A stretch of 64,000 bases of DNA from Candidatus Saccharimonadales bacterium (GTDB taxonomy: Bacteria > Patescibacteriota > Saccharimonadia > UBA4664 > DATIHN01): assembly GCA_035480635.1 (NCBI GenBank), contig DATIHN010000025.1, positions 12,384-76,383 on the forward strand, written 5' to 3'. Positions 9,873 through 19,278 of the stretch are shown piece after piece. The number at the start of each line of letters is the position of its first letter. The first letter of the stretch is position 1. The position numbers and the translations under genes are program-made. A model generated the notes under the pieces. It made no database searches. It was not told the origin of the DNA and was given only the letters and a program-made list of their open reading frames with translations.

Positions 9873-11234
9873 CTAAGTTCCCCAATGAGCGGCCAAGATC
9901 GATAGATCAAATATATTGACCCTTAGGTCACCGTTTAGATCACCTTGTGCTGCCGTAGCCGAATTAGAACCATAATTACTGGCGAGAACACTTAAATCAA
10001 ATATGTTCACCTGACCATCGCCATTAATATCGCCAACCTTAGGTGGACCAGAACTACTACTTATCAAGAAAGAATTGTTGCTTATATCCCAGTTGTTAGC
10101 TAAATATGAGCCTGCAGCAGGTGAAGTGTTAAAGTAATCATCATCATTACAATCTAATAAATGTTCCTGGGTGTTATCACACGGGAAAGTAAGGACTTGG
10201 CCAGTTTTTAACGTACCATCGTCGTAACACATGGTGTCAGATTCATCTGTGCAATGCCCGCCAGGGGTACCATGAGGTGCTGCTGGCTGAACAGCGCCTA
10301 AAAGATGGCTGAGTTCATGAGCTTCGCTCATATGGCTGCCAGGCCCGGTTCCTAGGCCCCAACAACCTTGGTCGACTCTGGCAAACAGTACACTGGTATT
10401 GCCACCATTATTGGAGTTGGTTTGGGCTGGGTTGGTGTCAACTGATAAGTTGGCTATGCCACAGAGAATATTGGCATCAGTCCAGACCAAGTATTTTCGG
10501 GTGGTCAGGTTATATCCCAGACCGATCAAAGCGCTTTTCTCGCTGTTAAATGAATCGTCTGCGGTCGGTGGCAATACGACATGGGCGACGACCAAGTTGC
10601 AGGATGGATCTGTAACCCAGCGGACATGCCGAACCCCGCCGGTCTTGGCGGCTGAATCAAAGAATACACCATCGACCTCAGCGGCCCAGGTTTGAATCAT
10701 TGGCGCAATCGTGGCGTAACGGTCAGTTTTATCGGAGGCCACTGCGTAAATAGCTTGAACGCGGTTGCCGCTAACGCCGTCGCCATCACACAAAATAGAA
10801 CCATTGCCAGCCGTAATAACCGTGCCTGTTGGTGGGGTGGTATCGGCCGATACCCCGGCTCTGAGTTGTGCTTCGCTGCGCGGCTTAGTCACATCAACAC
10901 CAGGTGGAGCTGGATCCGGGCCATGAGTGCAAGTCAGGCTCTCAGTCGGGTTATTTTGAGGCAACTCATAAAGACTTTTACATTTGCCGTTAGCTGGGCC
11001 TTTTCGTAAACCAGTATAAACTAAACCTTTGCTGGGATTGTCGGACGGAATCTGGCCACTCGGACCGGTCTGGGCTAATGTAGTCCTAAGCAAGGCTGCC
11101 CCAAACCCCGCCGTCAACAGTATCAAAATAGCTAGTAACGTCTTACTAAACGGCAGTGAGTGCCTCAGTTTATTATCGTTTTGCTCGTCCAAACCTAATA
11201 ACTCCACTCTGCGATTCGCGTTATGGTATCGCAA
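9873..11234 (-). CDS. secreted zinc metalloprotease (HELSH motif) with C-terminal type-I dockerin
   Basis: N-terminal signal/TM; MSEAHELSHLLGA HExxH motif; C-terminal duplicated GDINGDGQVNIFDLSVLA / GDLNGDLRVNIFDLSILA dockerin repeats. Confidence 0.65.
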   Translation of the reverse strand: MRYHNANRRVELLGLDEQNDNKLRHSLPFSKTLLAILILLTAGFGAALLRTTLAQTGPSGQIPSDNPSKGLVYTGLRKGPANGKCKSLYELPQNNPTESLTCTHGPDPAPPGVDVTKPRSEAQLRAGVSADTTPPTGTVITAGNGSILCDGDGVSGNRVQAIYAVASDKTDRYATIAPMIQTWAAEVDGVFFDSAAKTGGVRHVRWVTDPSCNLVVAHVVLPPTADDSFNSEKSALIGLGYNLTTRKYLVWTDANILCGIANLSVDTNPAQTNSNNGGNTSVLFARVDQGCWGLGTGPGSHMSEAHELSHLLGAVQPAAPHGTPGGHCTDESDTMCYDDGTLKTGQVLTFPCDNTQEHLLDCNDDDYFNTSPAAGSYLANNWDISNNSFLISSSSGPPKVGDINGDGQVNIFDLSVLASNYGSNSATAAQGDLNGDLRVNIFDLSILAAHWGT

Positions 11235-11323
11235 ACATTATAAACCGAGCTTAAGCGTTATGCATAATGAATAAATTGGCAGAGCATTCTAATAGAAGTC
11301 ATAACTAATATACGATACGAAAA

Positions 11324-11382
11324 CACCTTGCAGTTTGCGAGTTGACCACCGAAGTGGAAACGTTTTCGCAAACCGCAAGGTG
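11324..11382 (-). terminator. 17-bp inverted repeat (CACCTTGCAGTTTGCGA / TCGCAAACCGCAAGGTG) downstream of the GC-rich ORF
   Basis: near-perfect hairpin with ~25-nt loop, U-rich tract on minus strand after it. Confidence 0.35.
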
Positions 11383-11397
11383 TATGGTGCCGACTGT

Positions 11398-11721
11398 TCA
11401 GTCGGGGGGTTGGCCAAACTCGCGGATTGATCGCCGGTCGGTACCTCGTTTGAATCGCGACACAACGGCCGGGTCATCTGGGCGATGCGGGCCTGCATCG
11501 GGGTCACCGTCGCCATGCTCTTGCCTGTACTGCCCGAAGTCATCGGCTAGGCCGAGGAGATCATCGCAGTACTCTGGATCCATACCCAGAAGGCGACTTT
11601 CTGCAGCCAGCGCACGAATTGCCACCGGAGTGGCTGGATCCCTGGCGCCTAAGACCAAGTATGGCCAATCAGGCACCGTGCCGTCGCGCCTAACAACCAG
11701 GAATTTATTCCAGAGCTTCAA
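11398..11721 (-). CDS. hypothetical protein, GC-rich (~65% GC) gene next to tRNA-Trp
   Basis: TTG start 5 nt after GAGGAGG; 107 aa; local GC far above window average; overlapping ORFs in other frames judged antisense. Confidence 0.35.
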   Translation of the reverse strand: MKLWNKFLVVRRDGTVPDWPYLVLGARDPATPVAIRALAAESRLLGMDPEYCDDLLGLADDFGQYRQEHGDGDPDAGPHRPDDPAVVSRFKRGTDRRSIREFGQPPD

Positions 11722-11930
11722 ATTATCCTCCTCGATTTGCCAGTACTGAAGCGCGACGATTTGTCGTGCTCCCGATTCTGGCAGGGGTGGCAGGATACGG
11801 GCTTGGCTTCGCCAACCCTAGCTGCTCGCTATTAATCTTAAGGGTTGTAAGCGATCTAGTCGAACCAGTCGGGTTCTCATCCTACTTTTCATATCAAGAA
11901 ATATCGCCGACAATAGTCAGCAACATTTCT

Positions 11931-12007
11931 TGGCAGGGGTGGCAGGATTCGAACCCGCGGCCTTCGGTTTTGGAGACCGACGCTCTAGCCAACTGAGCTA
12001 CACCCCT
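11931..12007 (-). tRNA. tRNA-Trp (anticodon CCA)
   Basis: reverse complement AGGGGTGTAGCTCAGTTGGCTAGAGCGTCGGTCTCCAAAACCGAAGGCCGCGGGTTCGAATCCTGCCACCCCTGCCA folds as cloverleaf, anticodon loop CTCCAAA. Confidence 0.9.
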
Positions 12008-12051
12008 CTGTGGGCTAGTGATTAGCTTAAGCCCAATTGTATCACTAGCTC

Positions 12052-12213
12052 TTACTTGGACTCTTTGAACTCTACGACCTTTTGGAGCTTCTTGGAATAC
12101 TTGTTTAGCACCAATCGATCCGGAGAATTCTTCGGATTCTTTGAGGTCGTATATACGGTTGTGGGGTCCTCATCGCTTCTTAGCTGGATGAATGGACGAT
12201 TTCGTTTTGGCAT
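12052..12213 (-). CDS. rpmG: 50S ribosomal protein L33
   Basis: 53 aa MPKRNRPFIQLRSDEDPTTVYTTSKNPKNSPDRLVLNKYSKKLQKVVEFKESK matches L33 consensus; GGAGAAAG SD; 3' part of spurious 165-aa ORF. Confidence 0.85.
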   Translation of the reverse strand: MPKRNRPFIQLRSDEDPTTVYTTSKNPKNSPDRLVLNKYSKKLQKVVEFKESK

Positions 12214-12341
12214 ATTACTTTCTCCTGTTGAATTTCTTACCGCGACACAAACCAAGGAGCTGTTTGTGGTGCGGAGAGCGAGGCTTTGCGGCGTAAGCTG
12301 GAACCAGGCAGGGCTGGTGTAAGCTGAAGCCCAAAACGAGC

Positions 12342-12416
<75 letters not shown>

Positions 12417-12417
12417 C

Positions 12418-12504
12418 TGGTGCCGGGTGAGAGATTCGAACTCCCGAAGGCATAAAGCCAGCTGATTTACAGTCAGCCCCCGTTGGCCGCTTGGGTAACC
12501 CGGC
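12418..12504 (-). tRNA. tRNA-Tyr (anticodon GTA), long variable arm
   Basis: rc GCCGGGTTACCCAAGCGG...GCTGACTGTAAATCAGC...GGGAGTTCGAATCTCTCACCCGGCACCA. Confidence 0.85.
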
Positions 12505-12519
12505 ATGTGATGTGTAAAC

Positions 12520-12595
12520 TGGAGCCGACGAGAGGAATCGAACCCCCAACCTACGGTTTACAAAACCGTTGCTCTACCAATTGAGCTACGTCGGC
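12520..12595 (-). tRNA. tRNA-Thr (anticodon TGT)
   Basis: rc GCCGACGTAGCTCAATTGGTAGAGCAACGGTTTTGTAAACCGTAGGTTGGGGGTTCGATTCCTCTCGTCGGCTCCA. Confidence 0.85.
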
Positions 12596-12726
12596 GCATC
12601 GTTTCCGGCGTCGGCTGAACCAAGTAATAGTAACATCAAACAATAGCTTTATCAACCAGTTAATGAACCCACTAATCAACTTATTTTGTCATAGTATGCG
12701 CTTGTGAATATTGTTAAGCTTACAAT

Positions 12727-13884
12727 ATGAAAATTGTCGTAGTTGGCGGTGGTTTTGCCGGCGTCAGAGCTGCCTTAAGTTTAAGTAAACGTTCGGGTAA
12801 TCAGGTTATTTTAATGGCTAATCGTCCCTGTTTCGAGTACCACGCCGCACTTTACCGCACGTTAACGGGCCGTTCCGTTCTTGAAGTTTCTGTCCCGCTT
12901 AGCCGTATTTTTGGTCGTAAGCCAGTCGATGTGGTCGAAGACAGCGCCAAAACCATCGATGTAAAAGCCAAAGTTATCATCGGACAAAGCGGCCGCAGTT
13001 ATAGTTATGACGTAGCAGTCTTGGCTCCTGGCAATGTAACCGCCTATTTTGGCATCGAGGGCCTAGCTGAATATTCCTACAGCCTCAAAACCGTCGATGA
13101 CGCCCTGCGCCTGCGTAATCACCTGCATCACGCCTTGGTGTCAGGAGATGTCGATTTGAATTACGTCGTTGTCGGCGCTGGGCCTAGTGGCGTTGAGCTA
13201 GCCGGGGAAATGGTGGCCTATTTAAAGCGCATTCGTAAAAGGCATATGGTTGAAAGGTCATTCAACGTGTCATTGGTCGAAGCGGCTCCGAGGGTATTGC
13301 CGTCGCTAACGGAAGAAGTCTCGCGCCGGGCGACCAAACGTTTGAAGGCTATTGGAGTCAAAGTCTTTACCAACACAGCTGTTCGAGCCGAAACCGCTAA
13401 TGACCTGCAACTGCCCGAGGGAAGTATTAAAACTCACACCGTTATCTGGACAGCTGGAGTGACCGGTAACCCGTTTTTTACCGATAATCCCGACGTATTT
13501 AAGTTATCCAAAAAAGGTGGGCGAGTAGTCGTTGATAATAAACTAAGGGCAGCCAAAAATGTCTTTGTGATCGGTGATAGTGCTGACACACCAGAATCTG
13601 GCTGGGCCCAAACCGCTATTTATGACGCTAATTTTATTAGCAAAGTCATTGCCGGGCGCAACCCGACCTACAAACCGCCAAAGCCGATTGGAGCCATTCC
13701 GATTGGTGGTCGCTGGTGCATCGTTTCGGGACGCTTACGGGTTTTTTGGGGCTACCCGGGTTGGTTGGCCCGGCGGTGGTTAGACTGGTCAATATTTAGC
13801 CATGTACTTCCGAGCAGACTAGCTATCAAATCATGGGTCTATGGCACCAAGCGCGAAGAAAACTGCGAGGTCTGCTCCCACTAA
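12727..13884 (+). CDS. ndh: type II NADH:quinone oxidoreductase (NDH-2)
   Basis: MKIVVVGGGFAGV... FAD GxGxxG and second NAD GxGxxG (VVVGAGPSGVE); single-subunit flavoprotein. Confidence 0.8.
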   Translation: MKIVVVGGGFAGVRAALSLSKRSGNQVILMANRPCFEYHAALYRTLTGRSVLEVSVPLSRIFGRKPVDVVEDSAKTIDVKAKVIIGQSGRSYSYDVAVLAPGNVTAYFGIEGLAEYSYSLKTVDDALRLRNHLHHALVSGDVDLNYVVVGAGPSGVELAGEMVAYLKRIRKRHMVERSFNVSLVEAAPRVLPSLTEEVSRRATKRLKAIGVKVFTNTAVRAETANDLQLPEGSIKTHTVIWTAGVTGNPFFTDNPDVFKLSKKGGRVVVDNKLRAAKNVFVIGDSADTPESGWAQTAIYDANFISKVIAGRNPTYKPPKPIGAIPIGGRWCIVSGRLRVFWGYPGWLARRWLDWSIFSHVLPSRLAIKSWVYGTKREENCEVCSH

Positions 13885-15191
13885 GGGGTCAGACGATTCA
13901 TGTCACGGGGGAAGAGGGTGGCTTCTTTAACGTTAGCCAGACCAAGCAACTTTTCGGTCAAGCGGTCCAAGCCCAAACCAAAACCAGCGTGAGCTGGCAT
14001 GCCAGCCTGCATAGCCATCAGGAAATACTTAAAGCCGGGATTTTTCGGGTCACCTCCCGCCATGGTCTTGAGCTGCTTAACCAATTGATCATAATTATTC
14101 TCTCGTGTGGAGCCCGTTACAATTTCGACGCCTCCTAAGAGTAAATCTATTCGATCCGCTAGCTTCGGATTAGTAGCTTGGGCTTTATGGTAAAATTTCA
14201 TATCGCTAGCCGGCCAATCGGTCACGTAAATGGCATCGCTTTTGAGGTGCTCGCGAGCAAAATCGCAAATCCAGCGCTCTTCATCGGGACGCAAATCTTT
14301 TTCGCCAATTGTTTTGGTGCCAGTAGCTTTAGTGTAGTGCTCGTGAATGTCCGCCATGGTCATAGCGGGAATTTGTTTGGGTAAGACCGGTTTCTGCGCT
14401 TTCAGTAAGTCCAATTCAGTCTTAGACTTGTCCCAAACCTCATCAACCACAAAGTTCATTAGACCACTTAAAAAAGCTTCTAAATCACCGATGTCCATAA
14501 AGCCCATTTCGCCATCAACTGAAGTGTATTCCGTCATGTGGCGGGTAGTGGCGCTTGGTTCCGCCCGATAGACTGGAGCAATCTCAAAAACCCGTTCATA
14601 GACGCCGACCATCATCTGCTTGTAGAATTGAGGGCTCTGGGCCAGGGTGGCTTCTCGGCCAAAGTAGTCGATTTTAAAAACGTCGGCTCCACCTTCGGTG
14701 GCAGCAGCCAGCAATTTGGGAGTATGAATTTCGGTGAAATCGTTTTGGTAAAAATAGTCTCGAATGGCCTTAGCAACAGCCGCCCTGACTTTGAAAATAG
14801 CGGCTTCGTGGGTGTTGCGTAAGCCGATCGGGCGGTACTCAAATAGGGTTTCAAGATTGTCTGATGCATGGCTGAGCGGTTTATCGATTTCAATGGGCGG
14901 AACCTCTGTGACTGGCACTAAGATCGTAATTTTTGGGTCCTGGAGTTCGGCTCCATTCATGGCTCGATCATCCGATTTGACGCTTCCAGTAAGTTCTAGA
15001 ACCGTACCAATTTGCATGCCATCCAACTTAGCTTGTTCTTTTACGTCGTGAATCACGGCTTGCACTAAACCGCTACGATCACGAACAATCACGAACATAA
15101 TACCACCCATGGCTCGCTTTTTGTGTAGCCAGCCCTGCACCATAATCTGCTTATCGCCATGTTTAGAAACGTCTCGAGCTAGTACACGCAT
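13881..15191 (-). CDS. class IIb aspartyl/asparaginyl-tRNA synthetase (short anticodon-binding domain, archaeal-type AspRS or AsnRS)
   Basis: QSPQFYKQ, C-terminal GFGLGLDRL...LFPRDMNRLTP class-II motifs; start set at MRVLARD (ATG 10 nt after TATAAT); ORF-track start 15254 also possible. Confidence 0.8.
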   Translation of the reverse strand: MRVLARDVSKHGDKQIMVQGWLHKKRAMGGIMFVIVRDRSGLVQAVIHDVKEQAKLDGMQIGTVLELTGSVKSDDRAMNGAELQDPKITILVPVTEVPPIEIDKPLSHASDNLETLFEYRPIGLRNTHEAAIFKVRAAVAKAIRDYFYQNDFTEIHTPKLLAAATEGGADVFKIDYFGREATLAQSPQFYKQMMVGVYERVFEIAPVYRAEPSATTRHMTEYTSVDGEMGFMDIGDLEAFLSGLMNFVVDEVWDKSKTELDLLKAQKPVLPKQIPAMTMADIHEHYTKATGTKTIGEKDLRPDEERWICDFAREHLKSDAIYVTDWPASDMKFYHKAQATNPKLADRIDLLLGGVEIVTGSTRENNYDQLVKQLKTMAGGDPKNPGFKYFLMAMQAGMPAHAGFGLGLDRLTEKLLGLANVKEATLFPRDMNRLTP

Positions 15192-15324
15192 AATGGAGTT
15201 ATTATAAAGCAATTTGACTAATGTCGTAATGCTTATGGCAATTGACAATACCACACTCCTGTGCTATACTAGTCTTTATCTGTTGGGAAAGACCCAGCGG
15301 GAGCATCGAGTCACAGGAGTCATC

Positions 15325-15708
15325 GTGCACACAGAATGCAAGCGCCGTTTTGGACGTGGCATCGGCAACACCATCGTTGCGGTGGGAGCCCTGATGCTTT
15401 GGTCGACAGCTTCGACCTTCGATCACAGCCCCAGCTTTCCGGTTGGGCTGGCGTTTTGGACCTTGGCCGTCCTGAGCGCGGGCACGTTGGTCCGCTGGCT
15501 CTACTCCGAGCAGGAGTGCATTCGCCGCGACGCCAGATCCGCCAATCACCGCTACAGCCAGCTGTGTCGCAAACGCCTTGCGCGGGTTGAAGCGGCCAAC
15601 GGCGGCCCCGTTTTGACTACCGAGATGGTTCAAGACGAATTCCGTCTTACGTTCAACCGCGACATTTGCGGACCCTCGGTGCAGCCGGTTCCGGGACTGA
15701 GGCAATAG
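15325..15708 (+). CDS. small 2-TM membrane protein in ~62% GC island (hypothetical)
   Basis: AGGAG-5 nt-GTG start; two hydrophobic helices then basic cytoplasmic tail; opposite-strand 179-aa ORF is Arg-rich (antisense artefact). Confidence 0.35.
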   Translation: MHTECKRRFGRGIGNTIVAVGALMLWSTASTFDHSPSFPVGLAFWTLAVLSAGTLVRWLYSEQECIRRDARSANHRYSQLCRKRLARVEAANGGPVLTTEMVQDEFRLTFNRDICGPSVQPVPGLRQ

Positions 15709-15733
15709 CCTCGGCCCGGGCCGGCCAGCCCAT

Positions 15734-17470
15734 GTGCTCATTCAAGCCTCAATTGAGGTTTTTTGTTTGCCTAAATACCCTGATAGCGGCTATGCTAATA
15801 CCAAGATGGTGAGAAGTAGCAGTCAGGCTCAACTGGCTAATAAAGAAACTTATTATGAGACTGTGACCCGCAATGTGCGCTGGATCGCCATCGCCATTGT
15901 AATTTTAACTTTTCCACCCAGCCAGCCTCAATACAAATATTTGCTAGCAGCCACCATGGCTGCTGTTGTATTTAATAGCTTACGCTATTCGCGACTGATG
16001 CGCTCGAAGTTATTTGCCTCAAGAATTACCACTCTAGTGCTCGATAATCTTTTGATTGCGGTTTTGCTGTATTTGTCGGGCGGCATCCATAGCCCCTACG
16101 TTCTGTTTCTGGTTTTTACGATTATTTCATCGGCCTATTGGTATGGGGGACGTGGTATTGCGCTGGTCTTAGGCTGGCAAATCATGGCGCTTACTTTTAT
16201 GGCAATCTGGCAGCCCAAGGTTCTGTCGCTGAACCTTGCGACCAACTTAGCCATCATGATCTTTGCATTAGTCGCGCTAGCGGTGCTGGCCGAAAGATTA
16301 ACCCGGGTTGATCGCAATGAACGTAGTTTACTAGCTAGAGCTAATCACGAAATAGAAGCCGAACGTGAGCGCATGGTGACTCTAATAAATAGCTTGGCCG
16401 ATCCGGTTTTGGCAATTGATAATGTTGGTCAAATCACCGTCTACAATGGCGCGGCTTTAGATTTACTTAACACCAATCAACAGCTCAGCGGTGCGAAGAT
16501 TGCCCAATTAGTCCAACTCGAAGATGATAAGGGGCAGACTGTACCGTTTGAATCCATTATGGGCCATCCTAGCGTGCTCAAGCGGACCGACCTAATTCTA
16601 AGGCTAGCCGATGGCTCTTCGGTCAACCTGGATTTGAGCGTCGCACCTATCCGAGGCACCAACACTGGCGATCTAGGCTATATTTTACTGCTACGCGACA
16701 TCACCAAGCAAAAGTCGCTTGACCAAGAACGCGATGAATTTATTTCGGTAACTTCGCATGAACTAAGAACTCCCGTAGCCATCGCTGAAGCTAATCTCTC
16801 AACTGCGCTATTGCCCAACTTCGCCCACATTGACGCAAAAGCCCTGACCTTGCTCGACCAAGCCCACCAAAACATTATTTTTCTGGGACAGTTGATTAAA
16901 GATCTATCAACCCTATCTAAAGCCGAGCAGGGACGCTTAAAGATTGAGATTGAATCGATCGAGCCCGATCAGCTAATTGAGCAACTAGTTAATGATTATC
17001 AAGCCGAAGCTCACACCAAGGGGCTGGTCATCAAAAGCCATATCAAATCAAAACTAAAACCGATCTTGTCGAGTCCAAATTTGGTTCATGAAATCTTACA
17101 GAATTTGATTACCAACGCCCTCAAATACACCGAAAAAGGCACCATTACACTTTCGGCCGAACCAGGCGAAGACGCTAGCGGCGTGGTTTTTAGCGTGGCT
17201 GACACCGGCATTGGGATTAGTGTCACTGATCGAAAAAAACTCTTTACCAAATTTTACCGTTCAGAAGATTATCGGACTCGCAAAACCAATGGCACCGGAT
17301 TGGGTCTCTATATCACCAAGAAGCTAGCTGAACGCCTGGGCGCCAAGCTATCATTTACCTCCCAGCTGAATCGCGGCTCAGTTTTTAGCTTGTGGGTGCC
17401 TGCCATCAAAGATGCTAGCGAAGACCATCGTAGTGTGGTTAAAGCCACCACCTCTAAATTCTTCGATTAA
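15734..17470 (+). CDS. sensor histidine kinase (multi-TM N-domain, PAS, HisKA, HATPase_c)
   Basis: HELRTP H-box, N/G1/G2 ATP-lid motifs (ITNALKYT, DTGIGI, GTGLGL); possible true start MVRSSSQ at 15806. Confidence 0.8.
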   Translation: MLIQASIEVFCLPKYPDSGYANTKMVRSSSQAQLANKETYYETVTRNVRWIAIAIVILTFPPSQPQYKYLLAATMAAVVFNSLRYSRLMRSKLFASRITTLVLDNLLIAVLLYLSGGIHSPYVLFLVFTIISSAYWYGGRGIALVLGWQIMALTFMAIWQPKVLSLNLATNLAIMIFALVALAVLAERLTRVDRNERSLLARANHEIEAERERMVTLINSLADPVLAIDNVGQITVYNGAALDLLNTNQQLSGAKIAQLVQLEDDKGQTVPFESIMGHPSVLKRTDLILRLADGSSVNLDLSVAPIRGTNTGDLGYILLLRDITKQKSLDQERDEFISVTSHELRTPVAIAEANLSTALLPNFAHIDAKALTLLDQAHQNIIFLGQLIKDLSTLSKAEQGRLKIEIESIEPDQLIEQLVNDYQAEAHTKGLVIKSHIKSKLKPILSSPNLVHEILQNLITNALKYTEKGTITLSAEPGEDASGVVFSVADTGIGISVTDRKKLFTKFYRSEDYRTRKTNGTGLGLYITKKLAERLGAKLSFTSQLNRGSVFSLWVPAIKDASEDHRSVVKATTSKFFD

Positions 17471-18177
17471 GTAGGATTAGTAGGGGTACGGTGCCGGCGG
17501 CCCAATAGCACAGTGCCGAAAAAGAAGCTAAAAACCACAATGTAGACGCCGTAAACTGTCGGTGAGTTATTTTGCCCGCGTAAGACCAAAGTGTTGTAGA
17601 GCCCACTCACACCACCCGAGAGAACAATGGTGGCAAGGCCAAAACTTCGCAGTTTACCCATTAAGCTGCGACTGGCCCGAGACAGCGAATAAATATAAAA
17701 GGACGCCACCACAAACACTATCGACAGCAGAGCATCAAGCCGGAGGGCTAGGGTCGGCCAGCTATAGGTCAGAGCCCCGTTCTCGAGCACTACAGTGGTA
17801 TTCCAGATGTTTATGACGTACAAACAATAGACGACTAAGGATAGAGCCAAAGTCGGCAGAAATAGCCAAAGAAAGTTAAATCGCTTGTAGAAACCGATGT
17901 ACCAAATAATACGGGCCAGCACTAAAACCAGGCCGTAATAGCCGATATCACCAATATTTGTGGCTAGCCTAAGGGCATTCAAATTTTCGGTAAAGAGATA
18001 GGGGATAGAGTTGGCGTAAAAAAAGACGGCTCCACCTATGCCACTGAGAATAAAATATTTTGTGATTGGGGCTGGGACTTTGCGATAACTACTAACCCCC
18101 CAAATTACCAGGGCCACTAATACGGTGCCACCCAGAATGTAGGCTGCATTGATTGGATAGATGTGCAGTAGCGTCAC
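17467..18177 (-). CDS. hypothetical 6-7 TM membrane protein
   Basis: 236 aa, strongly hydrophobic; convergent with and overlapping the kinase stop by 4 nt. Confidence 0.5.
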   Translation of the reverse strand: MTLLHIYPINAAYILGGTVLVALVIWGVSSYRKVPAPITKYFILSGIGGAVFFYANSIPYLFTENLNALRLATNIGDIGYYGLVLVLARIIWYIGFYKRFNFLWLFLPTLALSLVVYCLYVINIWNTTVVLENGALTYSWPTLALRLDALLSIVFVVASFYIYSLSRASRSLMGKLRSFGLATIVLSGGVSGLYNTLVLRGQNNSPTVYGVYIVVFSFFFGTVLLGRRHRTPTNPT

Positions 18178-18270
18178 AGGTTCATTTTAGGCCGTAGTCA
18201 GCCATCAGTAAAGCTGTTAGGCTTAAATTAGGGCCTGCTTAAGCTGTAACTATGAATAGACTTCGACTAA

Positions 18271-19170
18271 ATGTTTTCTAAGTTAAAACATCCGACCAAC
18301 CCAAATCGCTTCGACGTTTGCATTATTGGCGCCGGATCCGTTGGAGTCGAACAAGCCCTCAAGTTTTCCGCAAAACAAAGGGTGGCCATTGTCGATGATG
18401 GTTGGTTGGGCGGTCAGTTAACTCTGGCTGAACTGGTACTTGTCAGTTTGGAACGAGCCCAATCTCAGAGTATAGAGTCAGCCGAAGTAATGAGTTGGTT
18501 GCGCCTTGAGCTCTCAAACCAGGCTCAGCGCCTCGATACCAAAGGTCGACTCCAGTCCAGCGGAGTTACAATCTTGTCTGGCCCCGCGGTCTTTGCGAGT
18601 CTGAATGCAATTTCAATCAGAAATGTGCTCCACGAATCCAAAGCCTTCGTGGTTGCGACCGGTGTGAGTCCGATAATACCCGAGATCGATGGGTTGAATT
18701 CGGTTCGTTATTACACCTTGGTAAATTTTAAAGACCTAACCAAATTGCCATCTAGGCTAGTAGTTTTAGGCAGCGACCCAATGGGTCTAGGGCTAGCTAC
18801 GGCCGCCGCCCGGCTGGGCTGTCGGGTCTCAGTTTTAATGCCAAGTGATCAAAAAACCGATGCTTTGGACGCCGCTAAAGTTAGAAGTTCCGGTGTCAAT
18901 ATTATCAAAGTTGATGGAATTGGGAGTGTCGAAAAACTCCAAAAAGCAGTTAAAGTAAATTACCACGGAGGACTAGCTGTATCAGCTGTAGCGGCTGAGG
19001 TAATTGTGCTGGCCTATGGTTGGCAACCAAATCTGGGACTAGATTTGGTAAAAGCCAATGTTAATTTTAGTGAAAAAGGCATTCCCACTGATGCCCGCGG
19101 GCAGACCAATGTTAAAACGATTTTTGCGGCTGGGGCAGTTGCTAGGGCGGAAAAACCACCGCCTGACTAA
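18271..19170 (+). CDS. FAD/NAD(P)-binding pyridine-nucleotide-disulfide oxidoreductase-like protein lacking the redox-active CxxxxC
   Basis: DVCIIGAGSVGVE (FAD) and VVLGSDPMGLGLA (NAD) Rossmann motifs; where GGTCLNVGC is expected the sequence reads GGQLTLAEL. Confidence 0.55.
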   Translation: MFSKLKHPTNPNRFDVCIIGAGSVGVEQALKFSAKQRVAIVDDGWLGGQLTLAELVLVSLERAQSQSIESAEVMSWLRLELSNQAQRLDTKGRLQSSGVTILSGPAVFASLNAISIRNVLHESKAFVVATGVSPIIPEIDGLNSVRYYTLVNFKDLTKLPSRLVVLGSDPMGLGLATAAARLGCRVSVLMPSDQKTDALDAAKVRSSGVNIIKVDGIGSVEKLQKAVKVNYHGGLAVSAVAAEVIVLAYGWQPNLGLDLVKANVNFSEKGIPTDARGQTNVKTIFAAGAVARAEKPPPD

Positions 19171-19278
19171 TTTGGGCATTCCTACAAATTACATCAACAA
19201 CTTAGCATTTGATTACCCGAACTAACTGTGGATAACGGCTTAATCAGATCGAAATAACGGGATAAATGTGCTTAAATA

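Noticed and set aside
11289-11749. Overlapping ORFs 11289-11543(-) and 11342-11749(+) in the GC-rich block
   Set aside because: They overlap the better-supported 11398-11721(-) ORF (SD + TTG, terminator hairpin downstream) in other frames. The + ORF is Arg/Ser-rich as expected for an antisense reading of GC-rich DNA.
15202-15741. 179-aa minus-strand ORF antisense to the small GC-rich membrane gene
   Set aside because: Arg/Gly/Ala-rich composition, no SD, and it overlaps the aspS start region. The + strand ORF has AGGAG-GTG and TM helices.
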